Source: Rhodothermales bacterium (GTDB lineage Bacteria > Bacteroidota > Rhodothermia > Rhodothermales > Bin80). From it: a stretch of DNA of 64,000 nt. The stretch spans positions 1,300,361 to 1,364,360 of the forward strand of contig OZ244823.1 in assembly GCA_965220365.1 (NCBI GenBank), given 5' to 3'. The notes beneath the pieces are model-generated. The model did not search any database and was not told the DNA's origin. It saw only the letters and a list, made by a program, of their open reading frames with translations. Both the position numbers and the translations under genes were made by a program. Of the stretch, positions 18,701 to 30,700 are shown one piece after another. Within the stretch, counting starts at the first letter, position 1. Every line of letters starts with the position of its first letter.

Positions 18701-21700
18701 GGTCAAACTGGAGCTTTCGTATGCATTGGAGAAAGATGTGAGTATCGATGTCAATGCGGCACCAAGGTCCGACCCACTTTTTGCTTATACGTCGTGGGAT
18801 GATTTTGAGACGCTGTGGGTTGGAGGGATTCTGATTCCCAAAGGAACAACAATCGCTAGAGATACGGTCGTCATCAAGACAGATTTTGAGGCCGAACCAG
18901 ATGAGGTCTTTAATGTAGGGTATCCGAAGTCACGATTGCCGGATGCGGTGCGACATGCTGAACAACAAACAAGAATCTCGCTTCCTGGCATTCCCTGTGA
19001 CGACGTTACTTGTGCCATTACGATCAAGGATGTTGAGCCAGAGCAGATTGTAACCTTATCGGCATCCCCAAACCCGGTTTTTGAGGGAAATTCAACAACG
19101 CTGACGATGACGCTGACTAAGCCGTTGCCAAAAAGCGAGGTGAGAGAGTTTCAGATCCTTAGCAACGACCCTGATTCCGATGCCAATGAACACGACATTG
19201 CTTTGCCTCTGAGGCATGCGGGACCTTGGAATGTTAGGTGGTTTAGGTTTGGCGAGGACAAACTTAAGTCCGAGGTCGTAATTGAAATAAAAGATGATGG
19301 CATAGACGACGAAGGGGACGAGAAGTTAATCTGGCAAATTGTAGGTTTTACGAATACCGAAGTGAAGCATGCGTGTTCGCATGTGTATTCTAAAAAGTCC
19401 CTCTGCAAGAGTGCCATTGTAATCAAAGATCCGGTCAAGATCACAGTGACTCCGTCAGCGGCGATCACGATGGCGGAGGGAGGTACTGCGACCTTTGGGG
19501 TATCGCTAAGTTCAGCGCCGTCTTCAGATGTGACCGTGGCGATGAGTGGGCTTGTAGGCACGGATCTGACAGCTCCGCGGGCGGGTGGATCGAGCTTAAT
19601 ATTTACGCCTACGAACTACAGCACACCGCAGGAGATAACGCTGGTTGCGGCGAATGATGATGATGACGTTAAGGATGATGACGTTACCCTGACCTTAACG
19701 GGTTCGGATGCGGAATATGACGGGGTAACTACGGATGTGACGGTGACGATTGAAGATAACGATGTCGGAGCGATCATAGCGAATCCATCAGATGTTAAGA
19801 TAACGGAAGGTAGTACTGCGACCTTTGATGTGTCGCTAAGTGCTAGACCATCAACAAACGTGACAGTGGAACTGAGTGGTCATGCAGGTACGGATCTGGG
19901 TACTACTCCACCGGACCCGCAGACGATAATATTTACGCCTCATAATTACACTATAGCGCAGTCAGTGACCTTGACGGCAGACGAGGACACTGATTTTTTA
20001 GATCGATTTGAGTGGTTATCCTTAGATGCCTCTAATGCGGAATACGATGGTGTACAGACATATGTAGGGATACTCATTGATGATAACGATGCTTTAAAAA
20101 TCACGATTGACGAGGGAAGTTCGGTAGAGGCCCTTGTTCTATCCCTGCCTACTAAACCGACATCAGATGTGACGGCAACGATTACCGGATATATAGGCAC
20201 AGCTCTGGGTACTATCCCACCGGACCCGCAGACGATAATATTTACGCCTCATAATTACACTATAGCGCAGTCGGTGACCTTGACCGCAGATGAGGATGAT
20301 GATATACAGAATGATGTAGTGATGTTGGTTGCGGAGTATTCTGGCGGCGACTATGGCGGGCAGGACGTGAATATCGAGGTAACGATTAGGGATAATGATG
20401 CGGTGCCGCCGATCGTAGATATTGACATGCCGGCCCGGATCAACAGTGCGGCGCCGCTGACGGCAAGCTTTACGTTTGATAAATCGGTGACTGGGTTTGT
20501 GTTGGCGGATGATGTAACGGTCACCGGTGGCACGGCGGGGGCGCTCAGCGGCAGCGGCTCCAGCTACAGTCTGCCAATCACGCCGTCGGGGGGAAGTGAT
20601 GTGGTGGTGACGGTCGCGGCGAACAGCGTCACGGACGACCTTGGCAATTCCGGTCCGGCGACGGCAGTGTCGAAAACGGCGACCTGGGATGCGGCGGTTC
20701 CGACGCTGGCGATCGGTGGGGTTCCGGGGAAAATCAACAGTACGACGGCGTTCACGGCGAGCTTTACCTTCAGTGAGGATGTGACGGGGTTTGTGGCGGC
20801 GGATGTGGGTGTGACGGGCGGAGCGGCGAGCGGCTTCACGGGCAGTGGGGCGAGCTACAGCGCGACGATCACGCCGACGGGGAATGCGGATGTGGTGGTG
20901 AGTGTGGATGCGAACAGTGCGACGGACGGGGTGAACCTGGCGCCGGCGAGCGAGGTGTCGAAAACGGCTACCTGGGATGTGGCGGCGCCAAGGGTAACGA
21001 TGGTCGTGCCGCCCTGGATTAACAGCGCGGGCAAATTCACGGTAAATTTTACGTTTAATAAAATAGTGACGGGCTTTGAGGCCGCGGATATAAGGGTTAT
21101 CGGTGGCACGGCGGGGGCGCTGATCGGCAGCGGGGCGATCTACAGAATGCAGATCACGACGCCGGGCGGGAGTGATGTGTTGGTAACGGTCAAGGCCAAC
21201 AGCGTCACAGACAACATTGGCAATTCCGGTCCGGCGACGGAAGTAACGGCAATAGTCATGTGGGATGCGGCGCCGCCGACCGTAGATATTGACATGCCGA
21301 CCCGGATTAACAGCACGACCGCATTCACGGCAAACTTCATGTTCGATAGAACAGTGAGGGGCTTTGTGGCGAGGGATGTGAGTGTGAGTGGCGGCACGAG
21401 GGGGGCGCTCAGCGGCAGCGGCTCCAGATACAGAATGTCGGTCACGCCGTCAGGGGGAAGTAATGTAGTAGTGACCGTGGGTGCGAACCGTGTCTTCGAC
21501 AATGATTTCCGTAATGGTCCGGCGACGGCAGTGTCGAAAACGGCGGTCTGGGATGCGGCGGTTCCGACCGTAGATATTGCCATGCCGACCCGGATTAACA
21601 GCACGGCGCCGCTGACGGCAAGCTTCACGTTTGATAAAGCGGTAACCGGGTTTGTGTTGGCGGATGATGTGACGGTCAGTGGTGGCACGGCGGGCGCACT

Positions 21701-24700
21701 GACCGGCAGCGGTTCCAGCTACAGTCTGCCGATCACGCCGACAGGTGGGAGTAATGTAGTAGTGACGGTCGCGTCGAACAGCGTCACGGACGACCTTGGC
21801 AATTCCGGTCCGGTGACAGATATTTCCGAGACAGCCACCTGGGATGCGGCGCCGCCAAGGGTAAGGCTCATCATTCCAGACTGGATTAACAACACGGACG
21901 CATTCACGGTATACTTCATGTTTAATAAAATGGTAACCGGCTTTGCGGCGGCGGATATAACGGTGACCGGTGGCACGGCGGGGGCACTGACGGGCAGCGG
22001 AGCGAGCTACACGCTGCCGATCACGCCGGCGGGAGGTGAAGATGTGGTGGTAACGGTCGCGGCCAACAGCGTCACGGACAATATCGGCAATTCCGGTCCG
22101 TCTCCGGCGGTTACGAAAACGGCCACCTGGGATGCGGCGCCGCCGACGGTAGATATTTCCATGCCGGCCCGGATTAACTCTGCGGCGGCGTTCACGGCGA
22201 GCTTTATGTTCGATAGAACAGTGGGGGGATTTGAGGCCGCGGATATAACGGTGACCGGTGGCACGGCGGGCGCATTGAGCGGCAGCGGGGCGAGCTACAC
22301 GCTGCCGATCACGCCGGCGGGGGGAAGTGATGTGGTGGTGACGGTGGGTGCGAACCGTGTTTTCGACTATAGTTTCCGTCTCGGTCCGTCCACGGCAGTA
22401 ACGGCGACGGCCATCTGGGATGCGTCAGCACCGACCGTAGATATTTCTGTGCCGGCCCGGATTAACTCTGCGGTGGCCTTCACGGCGACCTTTACGTTTG
22501 ACAAAGCGGTGACGGGGTTTGAGGCCGCGGATATAACGGTGACCGGCGGCACGGCGGGGGCACTGAGCGGCAGCGGGGCGAGCTACACGCTGCCGATCAC
22601 ACCGGCGGGGGGAAGTGATGTAGTGGTAACGGTCGCGGCCAACAGCGTGACCGACCAGGTGGGCAATCTCGGTCCGGTGACGGCAGTAACGGCAACGGCG
22701 ACCTGGGACGCAGCGGCGCCGACGCTGGCGATCACGGGAGTTCCTTCAAAGATCAACAGTACGACGGCGTTCACGGCGACCTTTACGTTTGACAAAGCGG
22801 TGACGGGGTTTGTGTTGGCGGATGATGTGACGGTGACCGGCGGCACGGCGGGGGCACTGAGCGGCAGCGGGGCGAGCTACACGCTACCGATCACGCCGTC
22901 GGGGGGTGCAGATGTGGTGGTAACGGTCGCGGCGAACAGCGTGACCGACCAGGTGGGCAATCTCGGTCCGTCCACGGCAGTAACGGCAACGGCGGTGTGG
23001 GACGCATCGCCGCCGACGGTAGATATTTCCATGCCGGCCCGGATCAACAGTACGGCGCCGCTGACGGCGACCTTTACGTTTGACAAAGCGGTGACGGGGT
23101 TTGAGGCCGCGGATATAACGGTGACCGGTGGCACGGCGGGCGCACTGACGGGCAGCGGGGCGAGCTACACGCTACCGATCACGCCGTCGGGGGGTGCAGA
23201 TGTGGTGGTAACGGTGAGTGCGAACAGCGTGACCGACCAGGTGGGCAATCTCGGTCCGTCCACGGCAGTAACGGCAACGGCGGTGTGGGACGCATCGCCG
23301 CCGACGGTAGATATTTCCATGCCGGCCCGGATCAACAGTACGGCGCCGCTGACGGCGACCTTTACGTTTGACAAAGCGGTGACGGGGTTTGAGGCCGCGG
23401 ATATAACGGTGACCGGTGGCACGGCGGGCGCACTGACGGGCAGCGGAGCGAGCTACACGCTGCCGATCACACCGGCGGGGGGAAGTGATGTAGTGGTAAC
23501 GGTCGCGGCCAACAGCGTGACCGACCAGGTGGGCAATCTCGGTCCGGTGACGGCAGTAACGGCAACGGCGACCTGGGACGCATTGGCGCCGACGCTGGCG
23601 ATCACGGGAGTTCCTTCAAAGATCAACAGTACGGCGCCGCTGACGGCGACCTTTACGTTTGACAAAGCGGTGACGGGGTTTGAGGCCGCGGATATAACGG
23701 TGACCGGTGGCACGGCGGGCGCACTGACGGGCAGCGGGGCGAGCTACACGCTACCGATCACGCCGTCGGGGGGTGCAGATGTGGTGGTAACGGTGAGTGC
23801 GAACAGCGTCACGGACGATCTTGGCAATTCCGGTCCGGTGACGGCAGTAACGGCAACGGCGGTGTGGGACGCATCGCCGCCGACGGTAGATATTTCCATG
23901 CCGGCCCGGATCAACAGTACGGCGCCGCTGACGGCGACCTTTACGTTTGACAAAGCGGTGACGGGGTTTGAGGCCGCGGATATAACGGTGACCGGTGGCA
24001 CGGCGGGCGCACTGACGGGCAGCGGAGCGAGCTACACGCTGCCGATCACACCGGCGGGGGGAAGTGATGTAGTGGTAACGGTCGCGGCCAACAGCGTGAC
24101 CGACCAGGTGGGCAATCTCGGTCCGGTGACGGCAGTAACGGCAACGGCGACCTGGGACGCATTGGCGCCGACGCTGGCGATCACGGGAGTTCCTTCAAAG
24201 ATCAACAGTACGGCGCCGCTGACGGCGACCTTTACGTTTGACAAAGCGGTGACGGGGTTTGAGGCCGCGGATATAACGGTGACCGGTGGCACGGCGGGCG
24301 CACTGACGGGCAGCGGGGCGAGCTACACGCTACCGATCACGCCGTCGGGGGGTGCAGATGTGGTGGTAACGGTGAGTGCGAACAGCGTCACGGACGATCT
24401 TGGCAATTCCGGTCCGGTGACGGCAGTAACGGCAACGGCGGTGTGGGACGCATCGCCGCCGACGGTAGATATTTCCATGCCGGCCCGGATCAACAGTACG
24501 GCGCCGCTGACGGCGACCTTTACGTTTGACAAAGCGGTGACGGGGTTTGAGGCCGCGGATATAACGGTGACCGGTGGCACGGCGGGCGCACTGACGGGCA
24601 GCGGAGCGAGCTACACGCTGCCGATCACACCGGCGGGGGGAAGTGATGTAGTGGTAACGGTCGCGGCCAACAGCGTGACCGACCAGGTGGGCAATCTCGG

Positions 24701-27700
24701 TCCGGTGACGGCAGTAACGGCAACGGCGACCTGGGACGCATTGGCGCCGACGCTGGCGATCACGGGAGTTCCTTCAAAGATCAACAGTACGACGGCGTTC
24801 ACGGCGACCTTTACGTTTGACAAAGCGGTGACGGGGTTTGTGTTGGCGGATGATGTGACGGTGATCGGCGGCACGGCGGGGGCACTGAGCGGCAGCGGGG
24901 CGAGCTACACGCTACCGATCACGCCGTCGGGGGGTGCAGATGTGGTGGTAACGGTCGCGGCCAACAGCGTGACCGACCAGGTGGGCAATCTCGGTCCGTC
25001 CACGGCAGTAACGGCAACGGCGGTGTGGGACGCATCGCCGCCGACGGTAGATATTTCCATGCCGGCCCGGATCAACAGTACGGCGCCGCTGACGGCGACC
25101 TTTACGTTTGACAAAGCGGTGACGGGGTTTGAGGCCGCGGATATAACGGTGACCGGTGGCACGGCGGGCGCACTGACGGGCAGCGGGGCGAGCTACACGC
25201 TACCGATCACGCCGTCGGGGGGTGCAGATGTGGTGGTAACGGTGAGTGCGAACAGCGTGACCGACCAGGTGGGCAATCTCGGTCCGTCCACGGCAGTAAC
25301 GGCAACGGCGGTGTGGGACGCATCGCCGCCGACGGTAGATATTTCCATGCCGGCCCGGATCAACAGTACGGCGCCGCTGACGGCGACCTTTACGTTTGAC
25401 AAAGCGGTGACGGGGTTTGAGGCCGCGGATATAACGGTGACCGGTGGCACGGCGGGCGCACTGACGGGCAGCGGAGCGAGCTACACGCTGCCGATCACAC
25501 CGGCGGGGGGAAGTGATGTAGTGGTAACGGTCGCGGCCAACAGCGTGACCGACCAGGTGGGCAATCTCGGTCCGGTGACGGCAGTAACGGCAACGGCGAC
25601 CTGGGACGCATTGGCGCCGACGCTGGCGATCACGGGAGTTCCTTCAAAGATCAACAGTACGACGGCGTTCACGGCGACCTTTACGTTTGACAAAGCGGTG
25701 ACGGGGTTTGTGTTGGCGGATGATGTGACGGTGATCGGCGGCACGGCGGGGGCACTGAGCGGCAGCGGGGCGAGCTACACGCTACCGATCACGCCGTCGG
25801 GGGGTGCAGATGTGGTGGTAACGGTGAGTGCGAACAGCGTCACGGACGATCTTGGCAATTCCGGTCCGGTGACGGCAGTAACGGCAACGGCGGTGTGGGA
25901 CGCATCGCCGCCGACGGTAGATATTTCCATGCCGGCCCGGATCAACAGTACGGCGCCGCTGACGGCGACCTTTACGTTTGACAAAGCGGTGACGGGGTTT
26001 GTGTTGGCGGATGATGTGACGGTGACCGGTGGCACGGCGGGCGCACTGACGGGCAGCGGAGCGAGCTACACGCTGCCGATCACACCGGCGGGGGGAAGTG
26101 ATGTAGTGGTAACGGTCGCGGCCAACAGCGTGACCGACCAGGTGGGCAATCTCGGTCCGGTGACGGCAGTAACGGCAACGGCGACCTGGGACGCATTGGC
26201 GCCGACGCTGGCGATCACGGGAGTTCCTTCAAAGATCAACAGTACGACGGCGTTCACGGCGACCTTTACGTTTAACAAAGCGGTGACGGGGTTTGTGTTG
26301 GCGGATGATGTGACGGTGATCGGCGGCACGGCGGGGGCACTGAGCGGCAGCGGGGCGAGCTACACGCTACCGATCACGCCGTCGGGGGGTGCAGATGTGG
26401 TGGTAACGGTGAGTGCGAACAGCGTCACGGACGATCTTGGCAATTCCGGTCCGGTGACGGCAGTAACGGCAACGGCGACCTGGGACGCATCGCCGCCGAC
26501 GGTAGATATTTCCATGCCGGCCCGGATCAACAGTACGGCGCCGCTGACGGCGACCTTTACGTTTGACAAAGCGGTGACGGGGTTTGAGGCCGCGGATATA
26601 ACGGTGACCGGTGGCACGGCGGGCGCACTGACGGGCAGCGGAGCGAGCTACACGCTGCCGATCACACCGGCGGGGGGAAGTGATGTAGTGGTAACGGTCG
26701 CGGCCAACAGCGTGACCGACCAGGTGGGCAATCTCGGTCCGGTGACGGCAGTAACGGCAACGGCGGTGTGGGACGCATCGCCGCCGACGGTAGATATTTC
26801 CATGCCGGCCCGGATCAACAGTACGGCGCCGCTGACGGCGACCTTTACGTTTGACAAAGCGGTGACGGGGTTTGAGGCCGCGGATATAACGGTGACCGGT
26901 GGCACGGCGGGCGCACTGACGGGCAGCGGAGCGAGCTACACGCTACCGATCACGCCGTCGGGGGGTGCAGATGTGGTGGTAACGGTGAGTGCGAACAGCG
27001 TCACGGACGATCTTGGCAATTCCGGTCCGGTGACGGCAGTAACGGCAACGGCGACCTGGGACGCAGCGGCGCCGACGCTGGCGATCACGGGAGTTCCTTC
27101 AAAGATCAACAGTACGACGGCGTTCACGGCGACCTTTACATTTGACAAAGCGGTGACGGGGTTTGAGGCCGCGGATATAACGGTGACCGGTGGCACGGCG
27201 GGCGCACTGACGGGCAGCGGAGCGAGCTACACGCTGCCGATCACACCGGCGGGGGGAAGTGATGTAGTGGTAACGGTCGCGGCCAACAGCGTGACCGACC
27301 AGGTGGGCAATCTCGGTCCGGTGACGGCAGTAACGGCAACGGCGACCTGGGACGCATTGGCGCCGACGCTGGCGATCACGGGAGTTCCTTCAAAGATCAA
27401 CAGTACGACGGCGTTCACGGCGACCTTTACGTTTGACAAAGCGGTGACGGGGTTTGTGTTGGCGGATGATGTGACGGTGATCGGCGGCACGGCGGGGGCA
27501 CTGAGCGGCAGCGGGGCGAGCTACACGCTACCGATCACGCCGTCGGGGGGTGCAGATGTGGTGGTAACGGTGAGTGCGAACAGCGTCACGGACGATCTTG
27601 GCAATTCCGGTCCGGTGACGGCAGTAACGGCAACGGCGGTGTGGGACGCATCGCCGCCGACGGTAGATATTTCCATGCCGGCCCGGATCAACAGTACGGC

Positions 27701-30700
27701 GCCGCTGACGGCGACCTTTACGTTTGACAAAGCGGTGACGGGGTTTGTGTTGGCGGATGATGTGACGGTGACCGGTGGCACGGCGGGCGCACTGACGGGC
27801 AGCGGAGCGAGCTACACGCTGCCGATCACACCGGCGGGGGGAAGTGATGTAGTGGTAACGGTCGCGGCCAACAGCGTGACCGACCAGGTGGGCAATCTCG
27901 GTCCGGTGACGGCAGTAACGGCAACGGCGACCTGGGACGCATTGGCGCCGACGCTGGCGATCACGGGAGTTCCTTCAAAGATCAACAGTACGACGGCGTT
28001 CACGGCGACCTTTACGTTTGACAAAGCGGTGACGGGGTTTGAGGCCGCGGATATAACGGTGACCGGTGGCACGGCGGGCGCACTGACGGGCAGCGGGGCG
28101 AGCTACACGCTACCGATCACGCCGTCGGGGGGTGCAGATGTGGTGGTAACGGTGAGTGCGAACAGCGTCACGGACGATCTTGGCAATTCCGGTCCGGTGA
28201 CGGCAGTAACGGCAACGGCGACCTGGGACGCATTGGCGCCGACGCTGGCGATCACGGGAGTTCCTTCAAAGATCAACAGTACGACGGCGTTCACGGCGAC
28301 CTTTACGTTTGACAAAGCGGTGACGGGGTTTGTGTTGGCGGATGATGTGACGGTGACCGGCGGCACGGCGGGGGCACTGAGCGGCAGCGGGGCGAGCTAC
28401 ACGCTACCGATCACGCCGTCGGGGGGTGCAGATGTGGTGGTAACGGTGAGTGCGAACAGCGTCACGGACGATCTTGGCAATCTCGGTCCGGTGACGGCAG
28501 TAACGGCAACGGCGGTGTGGGACGCATCGCCGCCGACGGTAGATATTGCCGTGCCGGCCCGGATTAACAGCACGGCCGCATTCACGGCAAGCTTCACGTT
28601 CGATAGAACAGTGAGGGGCTTTTTGGCGTCGGATGTGACGGTGACCGGCGGCGCGAAGGGGGCGCTGAGCGGCAGCGGGGCGAGCTACACGCTACCGATC
28701 ACACCGGCGGGAGGTGCAGATGTGGTGGTAACGGTGAGTGCGAACAGCGTCACGGACGATCTTGGCAATTACGGTCCGGTGACGGCAGTAACGGCAACGG
28801 CCACCTGGGACGATGATGAGATACCGGTTCGGGTGAGTTTGTCGGCGTCTCTGGACGAGGTTGAGGAGGGGAACCCGGTCACGATCACCGTCACGATGAC
28901 CGGCCCCCGCAATACGGATGTAATTATCCCTCTGGCGTATACTTCTGTGGGGGACGATCCAGCGGAGGAGGAGGATTATACCAAGCTGGAAAGTATCACG
29001 ATTCCGAGGGGGGAGCTGGGGGCATCGGAGAATCTGGCCACGACTGACGATGAGACGGCGGAGAATGATGAGACCTTTACGGTGGCGATTGATGCGGATC
29101 AGTTACCGGATCGGGTCGAGGCGGGCATCAATGTTTCGGCAGAGATTACCATTCTGGACAATGATTCGCCACCACCGGCGGAAGTGCATCTGTCGGTGCC
29201 GCCCGGTGCTGTGGAAGAGGGCGGGGAGGTCACGGTGACCGTGGCCTTGCCGGAGGATAAAGAGATTACGAGCGATCTGACGATCCCATTAGTCGTAAAA
29301 GATGTCAGTGCGGGGGCACAGGATTATGAGGCACCGGTGCCCGTGGAAGTGCGGATCAAGATGGGAGAGGAGCAGGGCACCTATCGGATCACGATCACGG
29401 ACGATGATATTGCCGAGGAAGACGAAACCTTCACGGTAGCGTTCGGAGAGTTGCCCTCCGAAGTAGAGGGCGGGGATCCGGAGTCGGTCACCGTGACGAT
29501 CCGTGATAATGATCAGGCGGGGATTGCGGTGCCGCCATCGGCATCGGTCGTGGAGGGAGGCGAGGACGGGTTTGCATTCTCGCTGACCTCGGAGCCGGAG
29601 GGTGAGGTGACGGTCAATCTGACAGGGCATGCGGGCACGGATCTGACACTGGATCCTGTCCGGCGAACCTTCACGCCGGAGAACTGGCGGGAGCCGCAGC
29701 CGGTGACACTCCGTGCTGCCGAGGATCTGGATCGGGAGGATGATCCGGTAGTGGTGGTGATGCTGAATGCGATCGGAGGAGGCTACACCGGCATCACCGA
29801 AACGATCCAGATCACGATCCTTGAAAATGATCACCCGGGGATCAAGGCACCGGTTGGGACAACGGTTCCAGAAGGGGAGTCGACCACCATTGGCCTTGCA
29901 CTGGTGACGCCGCCTTCCGGTTCGGTGACGCTGACGGTTCCGAACGCCGTGGAGGACCTGACCGTTTCGGTGACCCAACTGACCTTTACGCCCGACACCT
30001 GGGATACGGAGCAGACGATCACGCTGACCGCCGGCGAGGACGATGATTTTGCGGACGACCCCGTGACGCTCACCCTGAGTACTATCGGAGGAGAATATAC
30101 GGGGATCACCCGTGACGTCAGGGTGACGATCATCGACAATGATGAGGCGCAGATTGTGGCCGCGGATGCGATTGAGATTGAAGAGGGAGAGGCGGAAGTG
30201 CTTATGGTAGGCCTGTCGGCAGAGCCATCGGGCGAAGTGACGGTCGATCTTGGTGGGCACGTGGGGACGGATCTGCGTCTGGACCGGACCTCGCTGACCT
30301 TTACCCCGGACACCTGGAAAGCGCCGCAGACGGTCATGCTGACCGCTGCGGAAGAGGATACGGACTATGACAATGATGAAGTGGCGCTGACTCTCACGGC
30401 CACCGGAGGGGGCTACGACGCGACCCATACGACTCAGGTCACCATCCTTGACAACGATGAAGCGCCGCTGAGCATCTCCATCTTTAATGATGCCGGACTT
30501 GAAAACGAAGGGCGTCTCCAGTTGCGCATTCAGTTGAACCGGTCTGCCGAGGAGGCGGTCACGGTACGGTACGCGACGTCCGATCAAACGGCAGTGGAGG
30601 GGGATGATTATACGGCATCCCAGGGGATTGTAATCTTTGATCCTGGTGCCACCCGGGGCGTGGTTGAAATCGAAATCATGGATGATGATATTCCAGAAGA

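Noticed and set aside
20351-28597. A ladder of about 29 minus-strand ORFs (60-182 aa, most starting MPPVTV... or MPPITV...) spaced about 288-294 bp apart.
   Set aside because: They are the antisense reading of the GC-rich tandem repeats inside the giant plus-strand ORF. Their periodicity simply mirrors the repeat unit, and the plus-strand frame is continuous over 16.6 kb with recognisable domains.
20400-28810. The regular repeat array considered as a possible CRISPR or other non-coding array.
   Set aside because: The period is about 290 bp with no short repeat/spacer alternation. The whole array is in frame within a protein-coding ORF, and no cas genes are present.
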